DNA of 64,000 nt from an uncultured Gemmatimonadales bacterium (GTDB lineage: Bacteria; Gemmatimonadota; Gemmatimonadetes; Longimicrobiales; Gaopeijiaceae). The DNA lies in contig CAWGKG010000010.1 in NCBI GenBank assembly GCA_963823035.1, positions 384,001-448,000 of the forward strand. Reading direction: 5' to 3'. How positions within the stretch are numbered: the first letter of the stretch is position 1; the number at the start of each line of letters is the position of its first letter. Position numbers and translations under genes: made by a program. Under the pieces are notes generated by a model. It was not told the DNA's origin, ran no database searches, and saw only the letters and a program-made list of their open reading frames with translations. This document shows, piece by piece, positions 20,749-30,760 of this stretch.

Positions 20749-21117
20749 ATGAGCGCCAGGGGAGCCCTCCTGCCGATGCTGATGCTGACGCTGGCGGTCG
20801 CCGGATGCGGCCGACCCCGGGATCAGGAGACCGGGTCGCTCGACGCGGTTGCGGCTCGGCAGAAGCTCGAGGAGATGCCCGCGGAGCTGCGGGCGCAGCT
20901 GGACAGCGGCAGCGCGGCCTTCCGCGCCCAGGACATGGACGCGGCGCTCGAGCACTACACGGCCGCCACTCGCATCGACGAGAGCGTCGCGGCAGCGTGG
21001 TTCGGCGTGTACATGGTGGAGAAGGCCAAGGGCAACACCCAGGAGGCGCTGGCCGCGCTCGAACGCGTGCAGAAGCTGGCCCCGGGGGCCACGCTCGTCG
21101 GAGACACGGCTTCATGA
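20749..21117 (+). CDS. Lipoprotein with a TPR-like helical repeat
   Basis: Lipobox VAGC; ALEHYTAATRID...AAWFGVYMVEKAKGNTQEALAALERVQKLAP; GGAGGAG RBS. Confidence 0.75.
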   Translation: MSARGALLPMLMLTLAVAGCGRPRDQETGSLDAVAARQKLEEMPAELRAQLDSGSAAFRAQDMDAALEHYTAATRIDESVAAAWFGVYMVEKAKGNTQEALAALERVQKLAPGATLVGDTAS

Positions 21118-21587
21118 GGCGCGGAAGGTTGGTGTTCGCCGCGGTGGCCTCGGTGGCCGCGGTGTCGGCCTGCAAGAGCGAGCACCACTTCGAGCCGCCC
21201 GACCGCGGAGCTCAGGTCCGGCAGGCGGAGATGCTGTACACGCACGCCCTGTTCGACACGATCACCTGGGCCAGCGACAGCGTCCGCTCGCTCGACGGCA
21301 ACGCCGTCTTCGCGGCGAAATGCCGCCGTTGTCACGGAACGCTCGGCAAGGGCGACACGGACTACGCGGTGGCGCGCGACCTGAAGGTGCCCTCGCTGGT
21401 CGAGCCGGACTGGCGGCTGGCCGCGTCCATCGACTCGCTACGCCACACCGTGTTCGTCGGGCACGCCCAGGGGATGCCGACCTTCGGCGTCGCGGGCATC
21501 ACGCTGCGCGAGATCGACGCGGCATCCTACTACGTGCTGCACCGCCTCCGGCCCGACGTGCTGGGGGCCGGAGGCGGCTCGAAGTAG
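21114..21587 (+). CDS. Monoheme cytochrome c lipoprotein
   Basis: Lipobox VSAC; CRRCH; distal GMP Met. Confidence 0.85.
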   Translation: MRRGRLVFAAVASVAAVSACKSEHHFEPPDRGAQVRQAEMLYTHALFDTITWASDSVRSLDGNAVFAAKCRRCHGTLGKGDTDYAVARDLKVPSLVEPDWRLAASIDSLRHTVFVGHAQGMPTFGVAGITLREIDAASYYVLHRLRPDVLGAGGGSK

Positions 21588-21610
21588 GAGACGGTCGGGA
21601 CGGGAGCCCC

Positions 21611-22369
21611 TCAGGGCGCCCAGGAAGGCTTCGCGACCAGTCCGGGCTGGAAGGTGGCCAGGTAGGCGACCAGATCCCACATGTCTGCGTCGTTCAGCAC
21701 GATGCCCCAATTCGGCATGAGCGAGCCGTGCACGTGCTGCCCGCCCTCGCGGATCTTGTTGTAGACCGCGTTCCAGTCCTTCGACGCGACCAGCGTGTCG
21801 GACGTGAAGTTCGCCGGCTTGAGGTCGACGAGGTTCGCGGCTGCCGGCCCGTCGCCCTGTCCGTTGGGACCGTGGCACCCGGAGCACCGGAACTGGTAGA
21901 TGCGCTGGCCGTTGAGCGCACTGCCCGGGATCTCGGGTGGGTAGGCTACCGCCGGGATGTAGGCCAGCGCCGCTTCGAAGGCCTCGGGCTTCACGAGCTT
22001 GACCACGTACTGCATGTGCGGATGCGTGGAATCGGCCCCCTCCAGCGTAGCCCGGAAGCGCTCCTGCAGGCTCGTGGCCGACGCGGTCGCGTATTCACGG
22101 GTCTGGAAGGAGGGTGGCACGATCTCGTCCGTCCGCGCTGGGCCGTTGCCGTGTCCGGCGGAGCCGTGGCAGGTCCAGCAGACCGACTCGAAGACGACCT
22201 GCCCTTCCTTCTGCTCCGCGTTGAGGGTCACGGCGACGTGCTCGGGGGGCCCTGCGGCGGTGGCGGCCTGCATCGTTCCGGACGGTGCCTCCTGTGGCCC
22301 GGAGCAGGCGGCGACAACCGCCGAGCCGGCCAGAACCGCCGTGAACGTGACGAGGACGAGCTTCCGCAT
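21611..22369 (-). CDS. Diheme cytochrome c lipoprotein
   Basis: Lipobox VAAC; CWTCH and CSGCH; GDGPAA..KPANFT..SLMPNW; GGAGG RBS. Confidence 0.87.
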   Translation of the reverse strand: MRKLVLVTFTAVLAGSAVVAACSGPQEAPSGTMQAATAAGPPEHVAVTLNAEQKEGQVVFESVCWTCHGSAGHGNGPARTDEIVPPSFQTREYATASATSLQERFRATLEGADSTHPHMQYVVKLVKPEAFEAALAYIPAVAYPPEIPGSALNGQRIYQFRCSGCHGPNGQGDGPAAANLVDLKPANFTSDTLVASKDWNAVYNKIREGGQHVHGSLMPNWGIVLNDADMWDLVAYLATFQPGLVAKPSWAP

Positions 22370-22607
22370 GACAACCTCCGGTACGGTTTCGGTGAGGAAG
22401 CCGCGAGCGCGCATCCCCGAGCGCGCGCGACTCGACGGACTACGTTGAGAAACGGCTCCGGGATTGTATGTAGGACGAATCCCTTTTGCACGGGGGGGAG
22501 AATCCCCACGTCCCCCATTGGTGCTCTCCGGGCAGAGAAAGAGAGGGTCGGGCGCGAGCTTCGGGAAGCCCCGGCGTGGTGCCGGCGCATGCCCGGAGGA
22601 GAGTCCC

Positions 22608-23063
22608 GTGAGCGACCATCCAACCTTCTCCGTTGACCTGGAGCGTCTCGAGCGCTTCCAGTTCGATGTGACGTTCGACGATGCTGCATGGAGTCCGATC
22701 CGCCTGGACGAGCCCGTCCCGATCGGTGACGGGACCGCGCCCAACGCCGCCCGTCTGATCGGTGCGGCGATCGGCAACTGCCTGGCGGCCAGCCTCCTCT
22801 TCTGCCTGCAGAAGTCGCGCGTCGAGGTCGCCGGCATCACCGCGCACGTCGAGGGCTCGCTCGAGCGAAACGAGAAGGGTCGGATGCGCATCGGATCGGT
22901 GAAGGTGACGCTGAGGCCCACGCTCGACGGCGTTCCCCCCGAGAGGTTCGGGCGCTGCCTGGAGCTCTTCGAGGACTTCTGCGTGGTCACGCAGAGCGTG
23001 CGCGACGGGATCGACGTGGACGTCATGGTCGAGCCCGCCGGGACGGCGTCCGTCACCGGTTGA
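22608..23063 (+). CDS. OsmC family protein
   Basis: DEPVPIGDGTAPN, GNCLAASL, FEDFCVVTQSVR (two conserved Cys). Confidence 0.85.
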   Translation: MSDHPTFSVDLERLERFQFDVTFDDAAWSPIRLDEPVPIGDGTAPNAARLIGAAIGNCLAASLLFCLQKSRVEVAGITAHVEGSLERNEKGRMRIGSVKVTLRPTLDGVPPERFGRCLELFEDFCVVTQSVRDGIDVDVMVEPAGTASVTG

Positions 23064-23087
23064 CCGCGAAGGTCGATTCGGTACTTT
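23060..23087 (+). promoter_or_regulatory. Sigma70-type promoter of tRNA-Lys
   Basis: TTGACC-N16-TACTTT ~50 bp upstream of the tRNA. Confidence 0.5.
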
Positions 23088-23138
23088 TCACTGCTCCCGA
23101 CCGTCGGTCGAACCGTCGGGGTCGGAGTGCGGTGCCAC

Positions 23139-23211
23139 GCCCCGTTAGCTCAACTGGTAGAGCAACTGACTCTTAATCAGTAGGTTCGGGGTTCGAGTCC
23201 CTGACGGGGCA
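23139..23211 (+). tRNA. tRNA-Lys(CTT), CCA not encoded
   Basis: Acceptor GCCCCGT/ACGGGGC, D-arm AGCTCAACTGGTAGAGC, anticodon arm CTGA-CTCTTAA-TCAG, T-loop GTTCGAGT. Confidence 0.97.
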
Positions 23212-23224
23212 CTCGAACTTCAGG

Positions 23225-23256
23225 CCCCTCAAGGCTTTCCGGCCTTGGGGGGTTTG
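23225..23256 (+). terminator. Rho-independent terminator after tRNA-Lys
   Basis: CCCCTCAAGGC-TTTCCG-GCCTTGGGGGG stem followed by TTTG. Confidence 0.7.
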
Positions 23257-23467
23257 TCGTGGACCGAAGGGTTGTGCCAGGATGGGCGGCACAATCTGTC
23301 CAGTCGGGGCCGGACACGGGTCGGAACGTGGCTGTTGGTCATCGTTGCAGAGACGCTGCCAAGCGGGCCGTGACTCTTGGCCGGCCCCATTCCGGCGGCG
23401 GAGTCCATGATCCGCCTTCCACCGTGACGCTGTGGTCCACGCCGCGGCAGGCCCGCGGCTGCGATCG

Positions 23468-23965
23468 TCAGTCGCGACGGACCACCACGCTCAGGCTCCC
23501 GTCCGGCTCCAGCCACGCCTCCTCCACCTCCGCATGCGACGACACCCCCTGTTCATGGAGCTTCGTGGTGATGTCAGCGCGCGTGAGGAGGAGCGCACGC
23601 GCGTTCTCGACCAGGAGGTCGCCGTGGTCGATGATGCGGGTGGGGTTCTGGCGGAGGATCTTCCGCAGCCACGCCACATGGAAGGCCAGCCGGTCGATGA
23701 CCAGATCCCACGCGAGAATCACCACTGCGAGGATCGCAGCGTCGCCGACGCTGCGATGACCGCCGCTGATGCCCTCGCGCACCGCAACCGCCAGGAGGAA
23801 CACCACCAGGATGTCCGACATGGAGACGCCCGCCAGCAGGCGGCGCCCCACTACGCGCAAGAGGACGAAGAGGAAGAGATAGATGGCGGTCGCGCGCACG
23901 ATGAGCTCGGCGATCGGTGCGTCCGGACGGAGGATCGCGCTCCACGAATCCGGCCAGAACGTCAT
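23468..23965 (-). CDS. DUF421/YetF-like membrane protein
   Basis: IVRATAIYLFL..GRR..MSD, three TM helices, PTRII..GDLL, KL...GV..VEEAWLEPDGSLSV. Confidence 0.85.
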   Translation of the reverse strand: MTFWPDSWSAILRPDAPIAELIVRATAIYLFLFVLLRVVGRRLLAGVSMSDILVVFLLAVAVREGISGGHRSVGDAAILAVVILAWDLVIDRLAFHVAWLRKILRQNPTRIIDHGDLLVENARALLLTRADITTKLHEQGVSSHAEVEEAWLEPDGSLSVVVRRD

Positions 23966-23993
23966 CGTCCTCCACCGCCGCCGATCGCGAGGC

Positions 23994-24191
23994 TCAGAGC
24001 TTCTGCATCCATTCGTCCACTTCCTTTCGGGCCGCTTCCCTGGTCTTCCCGTAGGCCTCCTGCACCTGCCCGATCAGCTCGTCGCGACGTCCCTTCACCC
24101 GCTCGATCTGGTCGTCGGTGAGCTTGCCCCAGCGCTGGCGGGCACGGCCTTCGAGCTGCTTCCAGTTCCCTTCGAGTTCGTCGTGGTTCAT
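23994..24191 (-). CDS. csbD: CsbD/YjbJ general stress protein
   Basis: MNHDELEGNWKQLEGRARQRWGKLTDD...GRRDELIGQVQEAYG. Confidence 0.92.
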   Translation of the reverse strand: MNHDELEGNWKQLEGRARQRWGKLTDDQIERVKGRRDELIGQVQEAYGKTREAARKEVDEWMQKL

Positions 24192-24272
24192 GCGATTTGC
24201 TCCGATGTTCTCGGGGATCGTGTCATTCGGTCTGTGGCCGGGGCCGGAGCCCCGACTCTCTCCCCATGAACA

Positions 24273-24288
24273 CGCAGGACCCATGCCA
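24273..24288 (-). promoter_or_regulatory. Sigma54 promoter for csbD-DUF421
   Basis: TGGCATGGGTCCTGCG (GG-N10-GC). Confidence 0.7.
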
Positions 24289-24728
24289 GCAGCGAGGCGC
24301 CCCGTTCCACGGCGACCGGAGAACCGGAGGGCTATCCGTCGAGCGGCCCCGCCCATCGAGCACCTCGGGCATCGGCCCTCGGACTGGCCTTCTGCCGCTG
24401 CCTCGGCACGCCTCTCCCGCACCAGGACCGAACATGCAATTCCGTATCGCGTCCTCGCCGCCCGCGGCGCGCGATGGCGCGCACGGTCTCCCGCGCCAAG
24501 GCGACGTGGGTGCCCCGGGGATGCTTGGGGTCTCCGGGAACCCCGTCCAGGGCCGCCCGGGGCCAGCCCGAGCCCCACGCGGACCGGGGCATTGGACCTC
24601 GAGGAACGTCCGTCACGGATGGAAGTGGCGGCCCGCGCGGGATGCCGTGCGGAGCATCTTCCCGCAGCTTCACGTCGTGTCTCCCCTGCAGACGAGTCCA
24701 ATCGGTCCCACCATCTGACGCACGGTCC

Positions 24729-26145
24729 ATGGAAGCATACCTGATCAGCGGCTGGGCTCTCGGGATCCTACTGATCCCCTTGGTGGCGCATCGCAGGGGC
24801 CTGACTTCGGCGCTGAGCTGGCTTGCCGTCGTGTTTGCGCTGCCCTGGCTGGGGGCCGTGCTCTACCTCCTCTTCGCCGAACGGCGCATGACCCGCCGCG
24901 TCCGCCGCCGGCGGGCCATTCTCGACGTCACGCGGACCCGCGAGCATCTCCGCTTCCAGGAGGGACACGCGATGGATCCGCCGCTCCCTGCGAGGGCGGC
25001 TGCGCTCGGCGCTCTCATCCGTCGCCTGGGCGGCTTCGACGTGGTGGGAGGAAATCGGGTGGAGGTGATGCCGGGAGACGCGCGGACGGTAGCCCGGATG
25101 GTGGAGGACATCGACGCGGCCGAGCACCACGTGCATCTGCTCTACTACATCATCGATGACGCCGACTCCGGTCGCGCCGTGGCGGAGGCGCTGGAGCGCG
25201 CCGCGGCCCGGGGCGTGGCGTGCCGCGTCCTCGCCGACGCCGTGGGCTCGTACCGGTTCCATCGAAGGATGGCGGCCAGACTGCGAGCCGTCGGCGTCGA
25301 GGTGAAGCGGGGCCTGCCCTTCTCGTTGCTCGCCCGGCGCCTGCGGCCGCTGGACGTGCGCAACCACAGGAAGCTGACGGTCGTGGATGGACGGGTGGCG
25401 TACACGGGCTCCATGAACCTCACCGACCCGTTCGCCGGTCACGCCGACGGCCTCGGCCAGTGGCGCGAGATCATCGTGCGCGTGACCGGGCCGGCCGTCC
25501 TCCAGCTCCAGGTGGTCTTCGAGGAGGACTGGCGGTACAACGTCGGGGAGGCACTCGCCCGGGAACGCCTCTTCCCCTCCCCGACCGCTACGGGCCCGGT
25601 ACCCCTCCAGGTGGTTCCCTCCGGGCCCGGTGATCGGGAGGGCGTCATCCACAACCTCCTGGTGGCCGCCATCCACGCGGCGACCGACCGCGTCGCCCTG
25701 ACCACCCCCTACCTGATCCTGGACGAGCCCACGCGGTTGGCTCTCGAGACTCGCCGCGCTGCGGGGGGTCCGCGTCCAGGTAGTGATTCCCGCGCGCAGC
25801 GACGCGCGGCTGGTGGACCTGGCCAGCCGCTCCTACGCGGACCTACTGCTGAGTCAGGGCGTCGAGGTGCACGAGCACCGGGCAGGCTTCCTCCACGCCA
25901 AGACCTTCACCGCGGACGGCGCGCTCGCGATGATCGGCTCGGCGAACTTCGACCGCCGCTCCTTCCACCTCAACTTCGAGCTCAACCTGCTCCTCTACGG
26001 GAGGGACGCCGTGGACGAGGTCACGCGCATGCAGGACCTGTACCTGGCCGACAGCGACCCCATCGTGTTGCCGGAGCGCCGCGGCACACTTCGCCTGCGG
26101 AAGGTGGCGGAGGACGTGCTGAGGCTCCTGAGCCCCCTCCTCTAG
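24729..26145 (+). CDS. cls: Cardiolipin synthase (PLD family); frameshift near 25748
   Basis: N-terminal TM hairpin; RNHRKLTVVDG and FLHAKTFTADG HKD motifs; GSANFDRRSFHLNFE. Confidence 0.9.
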
Positions 26146-26198
26146 AAGCTCTGCACAAGGTCGGCACTCCGCGACCCGCGGAGGAGGTGACCTGAAGG

Positions 26199-26263
26199 CG
26201 GTGACCGCCGACCGGCAGTGGCCTCGGGAAGTTTCGACTTATCTCGGATGTGAAATCCGACGG
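26199..26263. repeat. Degenerate copy of the intergenic segment 45911-45972
   Basis: GTTTCGACTTATCTCGGATGTGAAATCCGACGG vs GTTTCGACTTTCGCGGATGTGAAATCCGACGG, with weaker similarity upstream. Confidence 0.8.
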
Positions 26264-26862
26264 CGTCGATCCAGCGCTTTCGGCGCAGAATCCCTATATG
26301 CAGGCCGACGAGACGTGGATCACCATGAACGGGACGGTGAAGGCCGTGACGCCCCACACGTTCTCGCTGAAATACGCTGACGACGGGTACGTCACCGTCG
26401 AGATGGACGATTGGGACCACAATGCCGACGCATTCAAGCTGGTGGAGGGTGACGAGGTCACGGTGATCAGGCAGGTCGACGACGATCTGTTCGAGACCAC
26501 TTCCATCGAGGCCAGCAGCGTGTACGTCAAGAACCTGAACACGTACTTCTACACCAGCCCCGGCCGACGAGGAGGGTTCCTCCATCGCGTTGGCCAGCCC
26601 GGCGCTCGGCACGACGGTCACGGTTCGCGGGACCGTGAGCAAGATCGATGGTCGGGACTTTTTGTTGGATACGGGCCCACGGCAGATCCGTGTGGCCACG
26701 GACATGATGAGCTACAACCCTCTCGACGACGAGGGCTACCAGAAGATCGACGTCGGTGACCGCGTGCGCGTCACCGTTGCGATGGACTACGAGTTCTGGG
26801 ACGGACGCGAGCTGACCGCCGACGCGGTCATCACGCTCAAGAACCGCGTCATGGACCGGTAG
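26250..26862 (+). pseudogene. Tandem OB-fold (YgiW/YdeI-like) exported stress protein, 5'-truncated and frameshifted near 26560
   Basis: PALSA|QNPY..WITMNGTV..VTVEMDDWD..LVEGDEVTV and a second unit VTVRGTVSKI..IDVGDRVRV; the signal-peptide hydrophobic core is missing. Confidence 0.6.
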
Positions 26863-26908
26863 TCACATCCAAGGGGTCGAGAGGCCCATTGAACGAGTGA
26901 TGTCCGAG

Positions 26909-26957
26909 AGCCCCGGGACCGGACGCGCCACCACGGCGCTCCCCGGTCGCCCGGGGC
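26909..26957. terminator. GC-rich hairpin between convergent genes
   Basis: GCCCCGGG-ACCGG ... CCGGT-CG-CCCGGGGC imperfect inverted repeat. Confidence 0.45.
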
Positions 26958-26959
26958 TT

Positions 26960-27013
26960 CGGTCATTTCTCCACCACGACCCCATCGACGTCCGCGCCCA
27001 TGTCTCGGAGCGC
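26960..27013 (-). pseudogene. 3'-end remnant of an FNR-like oxidoreductase, a copy of 45979-46032
   Basis: 52 of 54 nt identical; encodes ALRDMGADVDGVVVEK-stop. Confidence 0.88.
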
Positions 27014-27023
27014 GCAACGCGTG

Positions 27024-28397
27024 TCACGTCATCGACGCCAGGTCGGAGCTGAAGCTCGGATACGCGAACACGATGCCCTTGATCTGGTTCGCGGTGAGTC
27101 CAGCCTTCATCGTCGCACTGAGGACGTTGATCTGCTCCTCTGCTCCCGGCCCGAGCACGTGGGCCCCCAGGATCCTTCCCGAATCTCGGTCCACCAGGGT
27201 CTTGAAGCCGCTGGTCGGGGCCGCTACCCGAAGCGATGAGTACCACTGGGTGGTGTCCGCGACGTGGTGGACCTCGTAGTCCATGCCCTTCTCGGTGGCC
27301 TCGGCCTCGAGCAGGCCCACGCGCGCGAGCGGGGGGCCCGTGAAGACGACGCTGGGAATCGACGGATAGTCGACCTCGGCCACGTCCTCACCCGCGAGGA
27401 TGTTCTCCGCCGCGATGCGTGCATCGTAAGCCGCCACGGGCGTGAGGGCGGGCGCGCCGGTGTCGGCGGCGTCGCCTGCGGCGTATACCGCCGGATTCGT
27501 GACGCACCGGAGCGCACGGGTGACCTGGACGCCCCGCGGGCCCCAGGCCACGTGGGCCTCATCGAGTCCCATGTCATCCAGATCCGCGACACGGCCGGCG
27601 CCGTGGACCACGAGGTCGCAAGGGACCGATCCCCACCCGTCCGGGTCATCGTAGAGTACGCGCAACTCCCCGTCCTTCTCGACGCCGGTCACGCGCGAGC
27701 GCAGACGCACATCGATGCCCAGAGCCCGGGTGCTTTCCAGGAGCCGCCCGACCAGGTCGGGGTCGAAGGCCTCCAACGGGTGATCTCCGCGGTGGAGGAC
27801 CGTGACCTTCCGAGCACCGGCGCGGCGCGCGACGTGGCTGAACTCGAAGGAGATGAATCCCCCGCCGATGAAGCAGATTCGCGGAGGCAGTGCGGGCAAC
27901 TCGAGAAAGTCCGTGCTGTTGATCACCCGGGACTCGCCGGGGATGTCGAGCGGCCGCGGCCGGGCACCCGTCGCGATGTGGAATCGGGACGCGCGCACCG
28001 AAACCTGTGCGTCACCCTCGATCAAGACATCGTTCGGCGACACGAAGCGTGCGTGGCCATGGAAGGTTTGGACCCCGGCATCCTGCAAGCCCTTCTCCGC
28101 ACGCTCGGGCATCGGGTCGGTGAAACTCCTCTTGAACGCCATCATGGCCGACCAATCGGCCTGGAGGACCCGTGCTTCCAAACCCCTGCCCTCGAGACGC
28201 CTGGCCTGGTCGAGCGCCTCGGTCACGCCGACCAGCACCTTCTTGGGATCGCAGCCGCGCAGCGCACATGTGCCGCCGTAGGGACGCTCGTCGGTGATGG
28301 CCACCGACAGTCCCGCCTGGGCGCACCGACGGGCCACGCCCATGCCCCCCGTCCCGGCTCCGATCACCAGAAGGTCGAAGTCGCGCCGCTCGCCCAC
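27024..28397 (-). CDS. Pyridine nucleotide-disulfide oxidoreductase (glutathione reductase-like)
   Basis: VIGAGTGG, GGTCALRGCDPKK redox disulfide, IGGGFI, YAAGD, FAYPS. Confidence 0.9.
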   Translation of the reverse strand: MGERRDFDLLVIGAGTGGMGVARRCAQAGLSVAITDERPYGGTCALRGCDPKKVLVGVTEALDQARRLEGRGLEARVLQADWSAMMAFKRSFTDPMPERAEKGLQDAGVQTFHGHARFVSPNDVLIEGDAQVSVRASRFHIATGARPRPLDIPGESRVINSTDFLELPALPPRICFIGGGFISFEFSHVARRAGARKVTVLHRGDHPLEAFDPDLVGRLLESTRALGIDVRLRSRVTGVEKDGELRVLYDDPDGWGSVPCDLVVHGAGRVADLDDMGLDEAHVAWGPRGVQVTRALRCVTNPAVYAAGDAADTGAPALTPVAAYDARIAAENILAGEDVAEVDYPSIPSVVFTGPPLARVGLLEAEATEKGMDYEVHHVADTTQWYSSLRVAAPTSGFKTLVDRDSGRILGAHVLGPGAEEQINVLSATMKAGLTANQIKGIVFAYPSFSSDLASMT

Positions 28398-28445
28398 AGG
28401 TCCTCCTCCCGTTCAACGTTCACGCCCCGTCCCGGCGACCACTCG

Positions 28446-28461
28446 TGCAAAGACGGTACCA
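28446..28461 (-). promoter_or_regulatory. Sigma54 promoter
   Basis: TGGTACCGTCTTTGCA. Confidence 0.8.
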
Positions 28462-28596
28462 CGCCCAGCCATGCTCCGGCGGCGCCTGGAGGAGATGGCC
28501 CGTGCCGCCCCGCAGCGCGGAGGAATCCCGTCGGACCGTAGCGCTCCGGATATCGCGTTTCAGATCTACGCGACTCTGGCGGTCGCCTTCGGGGCA

Positions 28597-29385
28597 TCAC
28601 TGCCGTCGCACGGAGTGGCTGTACTTCAGCCCAGCCACCAGGGCCACGCCCCCGAGGATGTTCCCCAGCGTGCTGAACGCCAGGACGGTGCCGTAGTCGG
28701 CCAAGGTCACCTGAGGATCGATCATGACCCCCGACATCACCTCGACGCTCCCGACGATGCAGTGGTGGAACCCGACGAACCCCATGCAGAAGGTGATCAG
28801 CCACACCACGACCACACGGGAAACGGTTTCCTGGGACGCCGCCACAAGCCACGACAGGAGCCCCATCAGCCACCCGGCCGCCACGGCGCTGAGGACGATG
28901 GTCGAGGGCTGGTGATCCACGATGCCGCGACTGATGGCGGTGAACGCCGCCGGCGTGATGACGCCCAGGCGGGGGCCCAGGGTCACAACGAAGGCGGAGA
29001 ACAGGACCGTGCCTACGAGGTTGGACACGTAGATCAGCGCCCAGAGCCGACCCAGTTGACCGAAGGTGGCCCGTCCGCTGAGTACCGGAAAGACGGCGAG
29101 GGTAGCGTGCTCGGTGAACAACTCGGAGCGTCCGAGGATCACGAACACGAAGCCGACTGTATAGGCGTTGCCCAGGACGAAACGCTTCAGGAGAGGCGAC
29201 GCGTCGGGCCCCACCAGGGTCAGCGCGACCGCCATGAAGAAGACCGAGAATCCGATGTCCAGCCCCGCGGAAAAACCCGATAGAAGGAGTCCGGGTGCAG
29301 GTCGGCGCAGTTCGTCGAGCCCCTGGCCTACTTCCTCGGCGAGGATCTGGCCGGATGTCTTGGCTTGGTCGGTTTCCTGGGTCAT
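28597..29385 (-). CDS. Formate/nitrite transporter family protein (YfdC-like)
   Basis: SGFSAGLDIGFS, GRSELFTEH, SNLVG, AGWLM, HHCIVGS, GNILGG. Confidence 0.88.
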   Translation of the reverse strand: MTQETDQAKTSGQILAEEVGQGLDELRRPAPGLLLSGFSAGLDIGFSVFFMAVALTLVGPDASPLLKRFVLGNAYTVGFVFVILGRSELFTEHATLAVFPVLSGRATFGQLGRLWALIYVSNLVGTVLFSAFVVTLGPRLGVITPAAFTAISRGIVDHQPSTIVLSAVAAGWLMGLLSWLVAASQETVSRVVVVWLITFCMGFVGFHHCIVGSVEVMSGVMIDPQVTLADYGTVLAFSTLGNILGGVALVAGLKYSHSVRRQ

Positions 29386-29446
29386 GTCACGAGGGAGAAG
29401 TGAGTTGGGCCGCACCCGGCTGGCGGCGCCCCTGATCGGACGTGCG

Positions 29447-29462
29447 TGCAAAAGGCGTTCCC
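29447..29462 (-). promoter_or_regulatory. Sigma54 promoter
   Basis: GGGAACGCCTTTTGCA. Confidence 0.7.
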
Positions 29463-29564
29463 CGCCAGCCTAACGGGCTTGCCCAGCTTCTCCGGCAAGA
29501 TGACGTTCAACCCCTCCCTCGAACTGTTCCGACCCAGCGCGCCACGACAAGCGAACCCAGAACC

Positions 29565-30731
29565 ATGGTCCAGACGCCCCGAGGTGCCCTGTCGGCCGAG
29601 GCCGACAAGGTGGTGGATACCTGGCTGTCCCAGCTCCCGCGAGTGGCCGAGCGGGACCTGGAATCCCCGGACCTGAGGGAGGGATACCGATCCCTCGCTC
29701 GGGCCGTCCTCGGCCAGGGCCTCGCCACCCTCGACGCCACCGCCCAGGGTACCGAGGAGTGGAACCCGGACTTCGACGGCATCCTCGCCCGGCTGACCGC
29801 GGCCACGAGGAAGGCGGGGCTGAGCATCGGCGACCTGCTCGAGGATCTGGGGCACCTGACGCCGCTCACGATATCGTGGCTCCAGGAGGAGCTGGACCAT
29901 CCGAGCCGGGGGCACGGCGACCTCCTCCGCGTCACCACCCGGCAGATGGTCCTGCTCCACGGTGTGGCGGGGCGGTTGGTGCGCCTCCTGGAGGCCAGCG
30001 CCGCGCGGGCCCGGCGCGAGCACGCCGAGGCCCTCACCGCGATGACCCACATGCTGTCTCACGAGCTGAAGAACCGCCTCGGGGCGGCGCGAACCGCCAG
30101 TCAGATACTCGTGACCCCAGATCTGGGCCTGGACCGGGATGGCCTGGAGCGGGCGGCCGAGCTGGTGCGCTCCAGCGTGGACGCCGCCCTGCGAACGGTG
30201 GACGACGTGCGGACCTTGGCCTCGAGCCGGACCCGAATCGACGAGCACATCACGAACCCCATGCTCCTGCCGGGGTTGGTCGGGGCCATCGTGGAGCCGC
30301 TGGCGACGTTGGCGGAAGAGCAGGGTGTCGCCGTCGAGCTCGATGGCACGGTTCCGGACTGTTGGGTCGACGCCCCACGCCTGCGCCTCGTGGCCTACAA
30401 CCTTGTGGGGAACGGCATCAAGTACCACGACCCGGAGCGGGATACGCCACGGGTACGGATCGCGGTCGAGGAGCTCCCTGACGGCCGCGTCGAGGTCCGC
30501 GTCACCGACAACGGCGTAGGCATCCCGCCCGGGGAGATCGGGGACATCTTCGCCTACCGGGCGCGGGGCAGCCACACCAACGGGGTGTCGGGGTCGGGCC
30601 TGGGCCTGGCCATCACCGCGGAGGCAGTGGCGCAGATGGGAGGAGAGATCTCCGTGGAGAGCCGGGTAGGCGTCGGCACCACATTCACGGTGCGCGTTCC
30701 ATCGCTTGCACCCCCGGAGAAACCGATCTAG
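29565..30731 (+). CDS. Cytoplasmic sensor histidine kinase with helical N-terminal domain
   Basis: SHELKNRL, NLVGNGIKY, DNGVGI, GSGLGL; no TM helix. Confidence 0.88.
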   Translation: MVQTPRGALSAEADKVVDTWLSQLPRVAERDLESPDLREGYRSLARAVLGQGLATLDATAQGTEEWNPDFDGILARLTAATRKAGLSIGDLLEDLGHLTPLTISWLQEELDHPSRGHGDLLRVTTRQMVLLHGVAGRLVRLLEASAARARREHAEALTAMTHMLSHELKNRLGAARTASQILVTPDLGLDRDGLERAAELVRSSVDAALRTVDDVRTLASSRTRIDEHITNPMLLPGLVGAIVEPLATLAEEQGVAVELDGTVPDCWVDAPRLRLVAYNLVGNGIKYHDPERDTPRVRIAVEELPDGRVEVRVTDNGVGIPPGEIGDIFAYRARGSHTNGVSGSGLGLAITAEAVAQMGGEISVESRVGVGTTFTVRVPSLAPPEKPI

Positions 30732-30760
30732 AGCCGACCGGAGGCGTCTCGCGGGGAAGT

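Noticed and set aside
22475..22490. Sigma54-like box ACGAATCCCTTTTGCA upstream of OsmC
   Set aside because: Has CG instead of the invariant GG at -24
24435..24450. Sigma54-like box GCGATACGGAATTGCA on the minus strand
   Set aside because: Lacks the -24 GG; a better box exists at 24273-24288
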